A stretch of 64,000 nt of DNA, taken from positions 158,776 to 222,775 of the IMG/VR virus record IMGVR_UViG_3300036770_007547; one strand, written 5' to 3'. The translations under genes and the position numbers were made by a program. Positions 22,401 through 29,255 of the stretch are shown here, piece by piece (positions within the stretch are counted from its first letter, which is position 1; each line of letters opens with the position of its first letter). The notes under the pieces were generated by a model. It had not been told where the DNA came from. It did no database searches and worked only from the letters and a program-made list of their open reading frames with translations.

Positions 22401-25373
22401 GGCACCACCACAGACTTTGATGTACCGGCCTACTGGGATCAGACCGAACAGTTGTTCGTGAGTCCGGTGTTGGACAATACCGGAACACTGAGCCCCACCA
22501 GCAGCACTCCCAGCACCAGTGAGATATGGCAAACATCGCCTTGGGATCAATGGTATTCAAATTATCTACTCGGCATCGAAGAAGTCACTGTGCTGGATGG
22601 AGGATCTGGATACAACCTAGCCCCCGAGGTCATAGTCACCGGAGATTGCCAACGACAGGCTGTGATGCGTGCTCGCATCAACAGTGCTGGTCGAGTGGTC
22701 GATGTTGTTGTCCTGGATCCAGGCCAAGGATATCTCACCACAGCGACCATCACGTTCACGGGTGGCAATGGATCTGGCGCCAAAGCTGTGGCCTTGATGA
22801 ACAACAGCATGGTGCGAGGTATAACCACAAACATCAAGTACGATCGCTACGAATATCAGACATCGATACTGACATGGACCGCAGGCGTCACTTATGCACC
22901 GGGCAGCCGAGTTCGCTACGATGATCGTGTATGGACCAATTCTACCACAATCACCAGCTCTGAGTTTGATCCCACGCAGTGGACCTTGGTGGCAGCAGCT
23001 GATCTCAGTGGTGTGGATCGCACCATGGGATTCTATGTCCCAACCCCGACCACTCCGGGACTTGATCTTGCTCAGCTGATCACCGGAGTCGAGTATCCTG
23101 GCGTGCAAGTGGATGCTCCCGATTTCGATCAAGACACTGGTTTTGACCGTGGTAGATTTGACATCAATCCCTATGACAACATCAGCATCGACGAGACCGG
23201 ACAAACCACGTATGATGTGGCCATACTTGATGCCATCTATGAAAGCCAGTTTGATGATCCCTTCTTGGGCACACGCCCGTCGGACATCAACGTGGACGGC
23301 GGTGCATTCGTTGACACATACTCCAGTCATGCACCCGAAGAACTTGTGCCCGGCGCCAGTTTCGACACTCTAGACATGCGAGTGTATACCACTGCTGGTG
23401 ATGATTGGGCCCAGGACGGTCATGGATTCCCCATCGCCAGTCGCAATTTTATATTTGACAGCACCGAAGTCGAACTGTCGTTCTCGGGCGCTCTGCCATA
23501 CCCTGTGGGTGTAGCAGTCTACAACGCCACCAAGCGAGTCCAACTCAATCAAGGATTTGATTACACAGTTGATTGGGCCAACTTTACTGTGACCATACTT
23601 GACAACGCCGATGACAACAACATTTTGACCATCAATGTGTACGGTATTGGCGGTGGCAATCAGATACTCACCGAATCCTATCTTGGAACCGACAGTGGTG
23701 GCACACTGATATTCCCGGTCCAGACCAGCGTGATCGATGAACTTGTTGTGTTCGTCAACGGCGACAATGTCACTGATTTCACCTACGAGCAGTTCAATGT
23801 GGCTGACACCAAGATCATATTCAATGACAGCACTCTTTATGGTCCCAACGACCGCATCATAGTTTGTGCTCTTGGTGTATCTCCTTTGCGTGTTGGCACA
23901 TCCTGGAGCACACCAGTAACCGAATATGTGGTATCAGATGGCAGCATTGGATTCACACTCAGCGAGAGCATGTCTGGTACCAATCCAGCCAACCTCATAG
24001 TCAACAAAAACGGCGTGCGTGCCCGCCCACCACAGTCGGCCCGATACATCGGCGACAATACCACAGTCACTTACGATCTGCCACCGCCCGAAGGCTACAG
24101 CCAGATCGCTATGGCCGACAACGATGTCAGTGTTTATGTAGACAATCAACCATTGATACTGGGCGTGGATTTCGTGCTAGATCCACTAGACGACAGCACC
24201 CTATTGCGTACTGTGACCCTGACTGATGTGCCCGCAGCCGGTGCACAGATATTGATATCTGTGCGCACTGCCGCACAATACTGGGTGGTTGGAAACACCA
24301 TCACGTTCCAATCCCGACAAGGTCTGGTGCCCGTCGAGGGCGACATCATCAGCATAACTTCGTTCAACGACACTGCTTATCAAGACATACTCACACAGGT
24401 ATTTGTGGGCCCGGTAACACAGTCGTTTGGATTGGCACAGGCATTTGATGAGCGGCCATTCGACGAGGGCAACATCACCGATGATCCGGGATCTTATGAT
24501 TATTCATCGGGCAGTGATATATTGAGCAATCGATTCCCGTTGGGATTTGACATCACAGATTCCAATCGTTTGATAGTCACTTTGGACGGACGTTATCTGC
24601 AGCCCGATCGTGGTTACACCATCGACGGACAGGTTTTGGTGATTTCTGGACCCACCATCAACGCATCACAGACTGTTACTTGCACCAGCTTTACCATGAA
24701 GACTGTGCCCGCTCCGGTGGCATTCCGTATCTTCCAAGACATGCGTGGTGCACAACGGTTTTATCGCATAACCCCCAGTGCCAGCACCCGGCTCGCTCAG
24801 CCGCTCACAGCCACAGCTGATGTGATCTATGTGGACGATGTTACCAAACTCGATGACACCAATCCAGTTCGTGGTGTCCTAGGCACCATAACCATCAACG
24901 GTGAGCGCTTGCTGTATCGTTACAGAAATGTGGAAACCAACTCTGTGAGCGGACTGCGTCGAGGAACAGCTGGTACCGGAGCAGCCAATCATGCAGTTGA
25001 CAGCTGGGTCTATGACATAGGTCGGGGCAATCTGCTCCCGGCTTTCTATCAAGACACCATATTCCAGCAAGATTTCCTGGCCAACGGCACCAATCGAAGA
25101 TTTGTCACAGAAGGCATCAATCTCAATAGCCTGACTCCCGAGTTTTTCGACCAGGCCGTGCAGATTTATGTGGGCGGATTCTTGCAGACATCGGGCTACT
25201 ATTTCTTGAGCCAGAGTCCCATCGCAGTGGAATTTGATGTTGCGCCCCCAGCGGGCTATCAAGTCACTGTGATCGTGAGACAAGGACAAGAATTCTACGA
25301 ACCCGGACTAGAAAGCACCCTGCAAGATTCGGGATCTCTGGCCTCGGTGTTTTTGGCCAGCAATCGCACGTGA
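10416..25373 (+). CDS. Giant (~4,985 aa) baseplate/tail structural protein with FG-GAP repeats and FDxxxFD motifs
   Basis: Uninterrupted 15-kb ORF; ATG at 10416 overlaps the gp6 stop (TGATG). N-terminal RTIDLLPEIFQTDTNRQFL, seven FG/YG...GAP-type repeats, many acidic FD motifs, baseplate context. Confidence 0.8.
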   Translation: MAKRRTIDLLPEIFQTDTNRQFLSATLDQMIQEPSVQRIQGYVGRRIGPGVIPSDPYVNEPTKSRTDYQLEPGVIFLKPDTSTATDTITYPGMLDALRLDNGITVRQDRMFENQYYAYDPFVDLDKFSNYSQYFWLSEGPDAVDVSSTAIPITDDFTVTRGSNDYTFSGVAGENPILTLARGGTYNFAVNQNGHNFWIQTAPGVNGVNPDFPNLSTRDVLGVINNGEDNGTVQFNVPYKDAQNFYYGLNTMEPVDLLGQGFKFNEINNIYVNDFLAKHPQGIDGITELNGLTIVFPSRIGDADDGGWRIDTQFDPLVRTTPDRIGTYFSYDLVTRTVADRTSETRSFDLVTRTVPNQVVQEVGFDATVLPFDEQPFGATTNVETGVPDPLDGTPGTFDFDPEDSSTDDWGFDAPEIEVTAGPTDPLDGTPGTFDVSGFEEPQVLSVSGPPDPLDGADGSYDSLPYDQDTDIVLRAQRYSVWQIQYVEDADGEYYMTLRSVAQIPNLSRFRISYGAEYSSTEWWKDGSGFLDRVPPLSAVLDELWYQDSTNPDIFGLIRLVDVADANPINVDDIVGQTKYTSPNGVIFTNGLKIKFRGPTNPVEYQNQEFYVEGVGTGPGNELKVGFVDGEAYFGPFHVFENRRMTGAEHSDEVLQQYIYDTLEESIAAAGSAGPLLATLGTDPQPGVIKNNGIKLIPVTDMVTPETYTLNEPVPYSDFGFDVGNFDATLNAPLLPDYITMSRASPDQNPWSRSNRWFHKDVIAYSAELNNSVPVYDNEYRAQRPIIEFRAGLKLWNFGSQSQGQVNVIDFLETDALSNINGQIGYGYDGYEFVEGTRVVFASDRDREVRNRIYRVTFVDSNDDGNSLIRLVAEPNGIAQANQTLVCLNGVQQQGQAFWFDGNNWILGQQKTSINQSLLFDVFDSDGISFGNQTRYPSNTFVGNRLFGYRRDETATVDSVLGFGLTYQNIENIGDIVFENFLYTENFLYIEDNASIEKSVGDGYVRQYLDRVSFLNQIGWQPAQAESRSRQVFRFNFTGADLVLDVPVLLDYTYSSTQMFVEGVFYDTDRYTVSIQGETTRISFVDAPPVGSLIELQVISDFASELAYYQIPINLENNPLNLDSTRFTLGGLRNHYDSIGQNLRDLEGPINGANNSRDLGNILRYGTSIVQMSAPMILPGVFLRKPEYDVFASIEYNSREYIKYKTQLLDLAAKGDYVNLTPTEILDNAVEEITLGKTESFPFYWSDMLPSGDTFTRLLYTVSPITTNVFDTTRIFDLNSSNFQGVLVFLNGRILTRNYDYLVPNDRAVVELLIPLAIGDVIEIREYDTTYGSYVPNTPTKMGLYPAFKPEIFIDTSYAEPTAMIRGHDGSLTVAFGDFRDDVLLQFETRIFNNIKINTPVPLKDVDVIPGQFRDTGYSLAEINSILLPDFLSWVGYNGLNANEQTYIGTDEFTYNYSQSGNRLTGEPLLGAWRGIYDYFFDTSAPTTRPWEMLGFSQRPDWWESVYGPAPYTSGNLVLWRDLERGYIADPNDPRFDARYARPGLTSVIPAGTEGQLLSPLGSVVGKFDKNSFRRSWVFGDNGPVEYAWRTSSSWPFAVMRLLALTKPAKFFGLFVDRDRYAYDSNLEQYLWNERYRLDPADIAPLYGNGVSRASYINWIIDYNQQTGADSTTNLTVDLANLDVRLCWRLAGFTSKTLLKVFTERSTPRGDNRSLMLPDESYQLLLYQNETTEEVAYSSVMVQVSDQGWTVLGYNLQKSYFEILTSNPAGTFRTIEAAGTTVRVPDEYTDIVTRVPYGYTFTSRAAVCDFLLSYGRFLGDRGFRFTTQENGYTMDWFQMANEFLYWSNQGWGTGSVINLNPGANLLEFQRSGEVVESVTPFRPYSIVLNQARQPMAASDLVFDRIEDQFRIRNLSAVSTINFANVRLTTYEHMIVLNNTSIFDELIYDPSTGNRQSRILVSGYKSADWDGTVNAPGFVFNISNVPEWQSNRKYTKGEIVLFKDEYWSASTIIQPTETFDYSKWIKSDYAEIQRGLLPNAALSSDELSNSYDIYSANLEQEVDLFSYGLIGFRPRAYMQFLDLNDVSQVNLYRQFLDSKGTRISTGVFNEADLGKEIARYDIYEYWAMLRNSYGATANRSYFELLLNEGNLQSNPSTIQVVQTVVTDSVADQIVTVDSIWKSSYKITSPSILPTTLSAVRPDQALPSAGYVNLEDVDITVFSLENNVDPDIINQINVGTTVWVANVNVYDWNIYRTEKVDAAVTRVSDNLNGTSTVTFDRAHDLEVGDTLIIKYFNDDVNGFYVVRGTPTLTTLTIDYAFDGNVTTLTGTGLGLTLSSSRVSEPSRIAQLPYATQLFPGVRAWVDTNRDNRWTVLQKTEPFTAQVPLAPSVPVRYENFGASISQGLYNLSALIGAPGYNPLDLAAAPGAVYNYVRNEEDEFEQRSVTELNAIGVQGYGNAIDVGNQNWAVAGASASNNNMGYVTTVYVAPGTEDFRLKQLLVPPDQDFGDLEFGYSVTMSLDEQWVYIGAPGKNKVYAYTRVDQQPQTVSYNTDGAAKTFNYSNHLVVNSNDPRQIVVLYNDQELEYATSWTVDSSNVILTFTPPAGHVVTLSRRTIQQLDRAVSTDLIPTNIVGSGSGARFTCVTQRGEYQITATSAGIGYAVGDVLSIDQDDIDTRDAPAPAAVTTAYTGGSGTTVNVTSTTGIGVGMTISGTGFESAQYVTEVVDSTTITTNLAPDSTPSGNLVFSHNALLVITAVGQETYEGDGSTTTFSILGRYTTTTEVYVNSVQQTLGVDYNFSDDYSSVIFVTAPLYGDAIVIDFGTLESFTTNGHGVADQANFSIDDYLATATDLYSFLITVNDQVYRPHLDYDLNTDSSLDPPELIFNTVPAIGSSITVSTDSHFKYVNTISVSGLDENARFGHSVTCNTNGSVLIVGAPNQSADQGRAYIFDRSVQRFLVTDPTDQVFSTVRDLEVPGNISVSVNGRFLLPDTLNIGGQFSVDVSNPANQTVTLDYTLNLGDTVEINTNQFVLVETVSATQSAEKPQYGYLVDQCINDCSLYISAPRDSYEISNGGSVEFLRNQARIYGTITTDVANPVLTIGDYIRINNYFVEVTGATVSDLADDINAAAIPNAVAAVTPDLEFAGDGGTKIFSIGSIYSDATSYTTVVYLDDVLQTEGVDYTYDADNENIVFVVAPIITSTVRVVSGRLTISAKNISAAPELDKLKVSPGTGSVFTDLGIETYVYQQTVRPPVKQAFAGFGESMFVSDDTSTLIIGAPNGSTILDTNFDDGNTVFDSDGTNFIDPIEQSGAVYSYDFLDSANPSITNPGQLIFGQQFVIEGLQSLDRFGASVDLTTGTLLIGAPGYDLEDSALSDFGRIAQFRNLEDQPAWFPLRQQQPVVDVNLLNTIFMYDRASGQPRQYFDFLDPLQGRLLGAVQQNIDYIGAVDPAFYNQGAVNNQGSRWGQQQVGRVWWNTANARFIDPNQDDIIYASRRWAQLFPGSTVDVYQWVVSPVPPAQYAGTGTVFSTQSYVVSSSINEQGFLQTQYYFWVTGISTIDRDAGKTLSIDTVRRYIENPRASGISYIAPLSASTLAIYNGKNYISAEDTVLHVEFDKELNNSVVHQEYHLIAEDRSDGFLTPVLYRKFLDSISGADTFGNQVPDPFLSPSERYGIQFRPRQSFFANRFLALKNYITQTNSVLARVPVAEQRRFRLLASFDPTPPASSGLWNLEVATYDELLYQDLRQVSMGYRYLVDTDRTNNGLWTIYEVVPGLTPSGKDLQIKLVQNYDTRKYWTRVPWYRPGYDPLSRIFTTVPNVASLDTLTVPEGTSVKVEANLDAKWEIYLLESGSWNRVAVEDGTIQISNSLWNYGIGNFGFDREVFDAQYFDQAPLIETRNVIEGINQELFIDDLAIERNRLLIMIFNFILSEQEAPEWLTKTSLIDVDHIVRDLVPFQNYRRDNQDFIQDYIEEVKPYHTQIKEFNLKYQGADVYQGTTTDFDVPAYWDQTEQLFVSPVLDNTGTLSPTSSTPSTSEIWQTSPWDQWYSNYLLGIEEVTVLDGGSGYNLAPEVIVTGDCQRQAVMRARINSAGRVVDVVVLDPGQGYLTTATITFTGGNGSGAKAVALMNNSMVRGITTNIKYDRYEYQTSILTWTAGVTYAPGSRVRYDDRVWTNSTTITSSEFDPTQWTLVAAADLSGVDRTMGFYVPTPTTPGLDLAQLITGVEYPGVQVDAPDFDQDTGFDRGRFDINPYDNISIDETGQTTYDVAILDAIYESQFDDPFLGTRPSDINVDGGAFVDTYSSHAPEELVPGASFDTLDMRVYTTAGDDWAQDGHGFPIASRNFIFDSTEVELSFSGALPYPVGVAVYNATKRVQLNQGFDYTVDWANFTVTILDNADDNNILTINVYGIGGGNQILTESYLGTDSGGTLIFPVQTSVIDELVVFVNGDNVTDFTYEQFNVADTKIIFNDSTLYGPNDRIIVCALGVSPLRVGTSWSTPVTEYVVSDGSIGFTLSESMSGTNPANLIVNKNGVRARPPQSARYIGDNTTVTYDLPPPEGYSQIAMADNDVSVYVDNQPLILGVDFVLDPLDDSTLLRTVTLTDVPAAGAQILISVRTAAQYWVVGNTITFQSRQGLVPVEGDIISITSFNDTAYQDILTQVFVGPVTQSFGLAQAFDERPFDEGNITDDPGSYDYSSGSDILSNRFPLGFDITDSNRLIVTLDGRYLQPDRGYTIDGQVLVISGPTINASQTVTCTSFTMKTVPAPVAFRIFQDMRGAQRFYRITPSASTRLAQPLTATADVIYVDDVTKLDDTNPVRGVLGTITINGERLLYRYRNVETNSVSGLRRGTAGTGAANHAVDSWVYDIGRGNLLPAFYQDTIFQQDFLANGTNRRFVTEGINLNSLTPEFFDQAVQIYVGGFLQTSGYYFLSQSPIAVEFDVAPPAGYQVTVIVRQGQEFYEPGLESTLQDSGSLASVFLASNRT
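11577..11798 (+). repeat. Three imperfect coding repeats DPLDG(T/A)(P/D)G(T/S)(F/Y)D
   Basis: GATCCCTTGGATGGCACACC(C/G)GGCAC(A/G)TTTGAC at 11577 and 11685, with a diverged copy at 11766. Confidence 0.9.
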
Positions 25374-25380
25374 TAAATAG

Positions 25381-25551
25381 ATGATGCAAAATGAAACCAA
25401 AGATACCAAGCCCGAGCCGGTTGCCCAGCAATCTCAGCCAAAGACTGTGCGTCCCGGGCGCCCCGATGACTGGGGAGCCATACACATCGATGGCGTGGTA
25501 CGCATTTTCGATCCGAACACACAAGAAACCATAGTGAAGACACGCACATGA
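25381..25551 (+). CDS. Small hypothetical protein (56 aa), not in ORF track
   Basis: MMQNETK...RPDDWGAIHIDGVVRIFDPNTQETIVKTRT. Preceded by TAAATA; stop overlaps the next ATG (ATGA). Its IFDPN motif echoes the N-terminus of the next protein (LKIYDPNNREV). Confidence 0.7.
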   Translation: MMQNETKDTKPEPVAQQSQPKTVRPGRPDDWGAIHIDGVVRIFDPNTQETIVKTRT

Positions 25552-26150
25552 TTACCATGCCTGTATCAGTCGAGGGGTTTTTAAAGATATACGACCCCAA
25601 CAATCGCGAAGTCTTTGTAGACAAGCGCAATGCCATACATTACGAAAACATGAGTATCGCGCTGGCACAGAGCTTGGCCAATAAAAATCTCGGCTACATC
25701 TATGCCATGGCCTTTGGTAACGGCGGCAGTGCCGTGGATCAGACCGGCGTGATCACATATCTCCCGCCCAACACAGTGGGGCAGAACGCCAATCTCTACA
25801 ACCAGACATACCTCAAAGTGGTAGATGACAACAGCTCGGCCAACACCGATCCGAGTCGCAACAAACTCACTGTGTTGCACACAGCAGGAACAGTGTACAC
25901 GGACATTTTGGTAAGTTGTTTGCTTGATTACGGTGAACCCGCAGGACAGCAGGCATTTGATAATAGCACCAATTTCAATGGTGAATTCGTTTTTGACGAG
26001 TTGGGGTTGAAAGGCTGGGAAGGGTCGTCCAGTGAGCTTTTGTTGCTCACGCACGTGATTTTCCACCCGGTACAGAAGAGCTTAAACCGTCAGATACAGA
26101 TTGACTACACAGTGCGCATTCAAACTCTAACGAACTTGAGTGCGACATAA
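25548..26150 (+). CDS. Conserved tail/baseplate-associated hypothetical protein
   Basis: 200 aa with NAIHYENMS, FGNGG, FDELGL and THVIFHPVQKSLNRQIQIDYTVRI. Located in the structural operon. Confidence 0.65.
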   Translation: MITMPVSVEGFLKIYDPNNREVFVDKRNAIHYENMSIALAQSLANKNLGYIYAMAFGNGGSAVDQTGVITYLPPNTVGQNANLYNQTYLKVVDDNSSANTDPSRNKLTVLHTAGTVYTDILVSCLLDYGEPAGQQAFDNSTNFNGEFVFDELGLKGWEGSSSELLLLTHVIFHPVQKSLNRQIQIDYTVRIQTLTNLSAT

Positions 26151-26205
26151 ATATGTGTAGTTAAACTGATGGTAAATATCTTTTACAAGGTAAGGTGACA
26201 CAAGC

Positions 26206-27909
26206 ATGGCATATACGATTAACTTAACAGATGGCAGTATTTTTGCTACCATCGCCGACGGTACAATCAATACCAGCTCAAGCATGGTGCTTGTTGGTAA
26301 GAACTACGCTGGATACGGCGAGTTCCTCGACGAGAACTTTATACATCTGCTAGAGAATGGTGCTAACACCACTCCCCCTGGAGCTCCGCTCACTGGACAG
26401 TTGTGGTGGGACAAAACCAACAACGTGATGAAGGTCTATAACGGCACCACGTTCAAGGTTATTTCAGCGTCAACTGCTGCGGCCACACAGCCTACTTCAA
26501 ACGTGGCTGGTGACCTTTGGTTTGACACCGTCAATCAACAGCTCAAAGTCTACAACGGCGCCAACTTTATCCTGGTAGGACCAGCCAGCTCGGCCGGTGA
26601 GGGAACGTCAGGTGCGATCGTCACCACAATCACTGACAACCTCGCAGTCGATCACGTGGTGATCCAGCTGTATGTGCAGAACGTGTTGGTGGGTTTGATC
26701 AGCAAAGACCCCACATTTACACCGGTTCCCGCTATCTCGGGTTTTGCCACAGTGAGTCCTGGAATCCAGTTGTCGACCACTGTTTCCAGCGTGTTGTTCC
26801 GCGGAACTGCCACCAATAGCCAGACCTTGGACAGCCTAAACAGCACACAATTTTTGCGCAGCGACACCAACGATACCACGTCAGGCACCCTGGGCATTCT
26901 CAACGACACTGGTTTCACAGTGGGTCTAGACCAAGATGCCAAGATATCGGTCAACACCATTACTTCTGAAATCACATTACAGAACCAAACACAAGATGCC
27001 AACCTCAGCCTCAAGGTCAATGACGGTGGTGCAGTGACCACAGTGTTTTTTGCCAATGGCGCCACTGGTGAGGTCAGCATCCCCACCACAGTCACAGCCA
27101 CCGGCAACGTCACCGCACCTTACTTTATTGGTAACGTGATCGGTGGTATTTCGGGCAACATCGGTGCTCCAGGTAACACCACACAAGTGATCTACAATGA
27201 CACCGGGCTCCTGGCAGCTTCGTCGAGCTTCACGTTCAACAGCAGCACCAATGCTCTCACAGTGGCCGGCAATATTTCCGGCGGCAACCTTTATGCGTCT
27301 GGTGGTATCACCAGCACAGAGAGCTTGGTCAAAATCGGTGGCAACGGTGTTGGAAACATTGGTCAGAGCACCAACACGTTCAACACAGTGTTTTCGGCCA
27401 ATGGTGTGTTTACCGCAGCTTCGGTTGAATCCATCACCAAGACCGGTGCCAACGGTATCGGAAACATCGGATCTAGTACCAGCGTGTTCAACACAGTGTT
27501 CGCTAAAGCTACTTCAGCACAGTACGCTGACGTGGCCGAGCGTTTTGCTGCCGACGAAGTGTTGGAAGCTGGAACCGTGGTCGAGCTTGGTGGTCCAGCA
27601 GAGATCACTCGCTCCACCGAAGAACTCAGTGAAAGCGTGTTTGGCGTGATATCAACTCGTGCGGCCTATCTCATGAACTCGGCAGCAGGCGACGATGAAA
27701 CCCACCCACCAGTGGCTATGACAGGTCGAGTACCGGTCAAAGTCAAAGGCACGGTGCAAAAAGGTGATCGCTTGGTGTCAGCCGGCGAGGGTATGGCTCG
27801 AGCAGCTAAACGCGGCGAAGCCACACCGTTTAACACGATTGGTCGAGCTCTTGAAGACAAAACCACAAACGATATCGGAATGGTAGAGGCCATCGTTACT
27901 ATAAAATAA
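26206..27909 (+). CDS. Tail fibre/spike with C-terminal intramolecular chaperone (peptidase G2-like) domain
   Basis: N-terminal LVGKNYAGYGEFLDENFIHLLEN and GQLWWD. C-terminal AQYADVAERF...PVAMTGRVPVKV...KGDRLVS...IGRALE. G/N/T-rich shaft. Confidence 0.75.
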   Translation: MAYTINLTDGSIFATIADGTINTSSSMVLVGKNYAGYGEFLDENFIHLLENGANTTPPGAPLTGQLWWDKTNNVMKVYNGTTFKVISASTAAATQPTSNVAGDLWFDTVNQQLKVYNGANFILVGPASSAGEGTSGAIVTTITDNLAVDHVVIQLYVQNVLVGLISKDPTFTPVPAISGFATVSPGIQLSTTVSSVLFRGTATNSQTLDSLNSTQFLRSDTNDTTSGTLGILNDTGFTVGLDQDAKISVNTITSEITLQNQTQDANLSLKVNDGGAVTTVFFANGATGEVSIPTTVTATGNVTAPYFIGNVIGGISGNIGAPGNTTQVIYNDTGLLAASSSFTFNSSTNALTVAGNISGGNLYASGGITSTESLVKIGGNGVGNIGQSTNTFNTVFSANGVFTAASVESITKTGANGIGNIGSSTSVFNTVFAKATSAQYADVAERFAADEVLEAGTVVELGGPAEITRSTEELSESVFGVISTRAAYLMNSAAGDDETHPPVAMTGRVPVKVKGTVQKGDRLVSAGEGMARAAKRGEATPFNTIGRALEDKTTNDIGMVEAIVTIK

Positions 27910-27924
27910 TTAGGACAAAGTAGC

Positions 27925-28908
27925 ATGACTTATTCTAGCCAGCAGTTAATTGAAGCCGCAGACTACAACGGATTTGTGTCCACCAACGCACAGAACATGA
28001 ATGGGTTGTTGGGCACAGGTTCTAGTGATCGTGGTCTTGGACAGACCACATTGAGCACGGTAGCGGCCGAAGAACTAGTCACTGCTACACAATGGGCCAC
28101 TCTCGTGAACTCTGTAGACAATCTTGCAGCACATCAGGGCACCACGATAACTGCCAGATCCGCACCGGTAACTGGTAACACCATTGAAATCTTGGCCAAC
28201 CTAGGTACCGACATCACCAGTCTAGACACCAATCGTGGCTGGGCCAACGTGGTTGGTACCACCATCAACACTTTCAGTGGCACCACTTCAAAAACCACCG
28301 ACACTGGTTCCGGTACATCTGCTTGGACCATAACCTTTACACACACCATCACTTTTGCCAGTGCCAATGCTGCTAGATACTTTTTCAACGCTGGTGGTCG
28401 CATCAAATGGGAAACGTCCAAGACATCCACGGGGCAGCAAGCTGACACCGAGTGGAATGATCTAGCCAATACCCTGGTGGGCGACATTTACATCACAGGT
28501 GGTGTCACTACACAGAACATCGTTGGTACCAACTATACTGGCACCACCAAAGTTGGCGGAACCGGCACACCCAACGTGTTGTTGACTGGCACGGGATGGT
28601 ACGATCTCACCACCAGTGACACACTGATCTATCGCCAATATGCTGATACTGCCCCCTATACCGGTCAGTACATAGCCATCAATGCCAAAACAGCAGCATC
28701 GGGCACTCAATTGGTGTTGACCACTACTTGGGTGGATCCGGGCGGTGGCACCTTCAACACCAGCGTGATAACTGGCGGTACAGCCACCAGCAGTCCGTTT
28801 ACTACATTTGGTACTGCTCCAGCCACAGTGGTTACCGTGATTCCTGCTGGCACCACTTATATCACCAATACTTGGGGTACACCCAGCATAGCAGCCTCGG
28901 TGGCCTGA
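27925..28908 (+). CDS. T/G-rich virion structural protein (tail-fibre-associated)
   Basis: 327 aa, Thr/Gly-rich, with IEAADYN and ARYFFNAGGRI motifs. Last gene of the structural block. Confidence 0.55.
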   Translation: MTYSSQQLIEAADYNGFVSTNAQNMNGLLGTGSSDRGLGQTTLSTVAAEELVTATQWATLVNSVDNLAAHQGTTITARSAPVTGNTIEILANLGTDITSLDTNRGWANVVGTTINTFSGTTSKTTDTGSGTSAWTITFTHTITFASANAARYFFNAGGRIKWETSKTSTGQQADTEWNDLANTLVGDIYITGGVTTQNIVGTNYTGTTKVGGTGTPNVLLTGTGWYDLTTSDTLIYRQYADTAPYTGQYIAINAKTAASGTQLVLTTTWVDPGGGTFNTSVITGGTATSSPFTTFGTAPATVVTVIPAGTTYITNTWGTPSIAASVA

Positions 28909-28913
28909 TTGGC

Positions 28914-28943
28914 TTGACAATCTGCCCCGGCATCTAGTACAAT
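28914..28943 (+). promoter_or_regulatory. Sigma70-like promoter at the head of the glycan/radical SAM cluster
   Basis: TTGACA (28914-28919), 18-nt spacer, TACAAT (28938-28943); ATG at 28950. Confidence 0.75.
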
Positions 28944-28949
28944 AACTAG

Positions 28950-29255
28950 ATGAATCCCGAAGACATCGTTGCTTTATCCCGCAGCAGATTCGATCATGAA
29001 TCTGCTCGCCGGGTGCTCAAAGAAAAATATCAAGCCAAACTTGTGTTTGCACATGCCGGCGGTATGTGGCAAGCTGGTCCAGAATTGCAGACCACTTTGC
29101 TGACTTGTCCAGAACCCGAAGCCGTGATACTAGATCTCTATGAAACACCGGTAAAAATCAATGTCCAGGATCTTATGACCAAAAGCCAAGAGCGTTGGCA
29201 AGAACAAATGACGGCTTGGCTGATCGAACATCAAAATCTGAGTCGGCAACGATGA
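28950..29255 (+). CDS. Hypothetical protein
   Basis: 101-aa ORF after the promoter; stop overlaps the next ATG (ATGA). Confidence 0.75.
   Translation: MNPEDIVALSRSRFDHESARRVLKEKYQAKLVFAHAGGMWQAGPELQTTLLTCPEPEAVILDLYETPVKINVQDLMTKSQERWQEQMTAWLIEHQNLSRQR

Noticed and set aside
10416-25373. Intein or intron explaining the giant ORF size
   Set aside because: No intein N-terminal block, HN-C/S/T junction or LAGLIDADG motif recognised by eye; frame is continuous. An HMM scan would be definitive.
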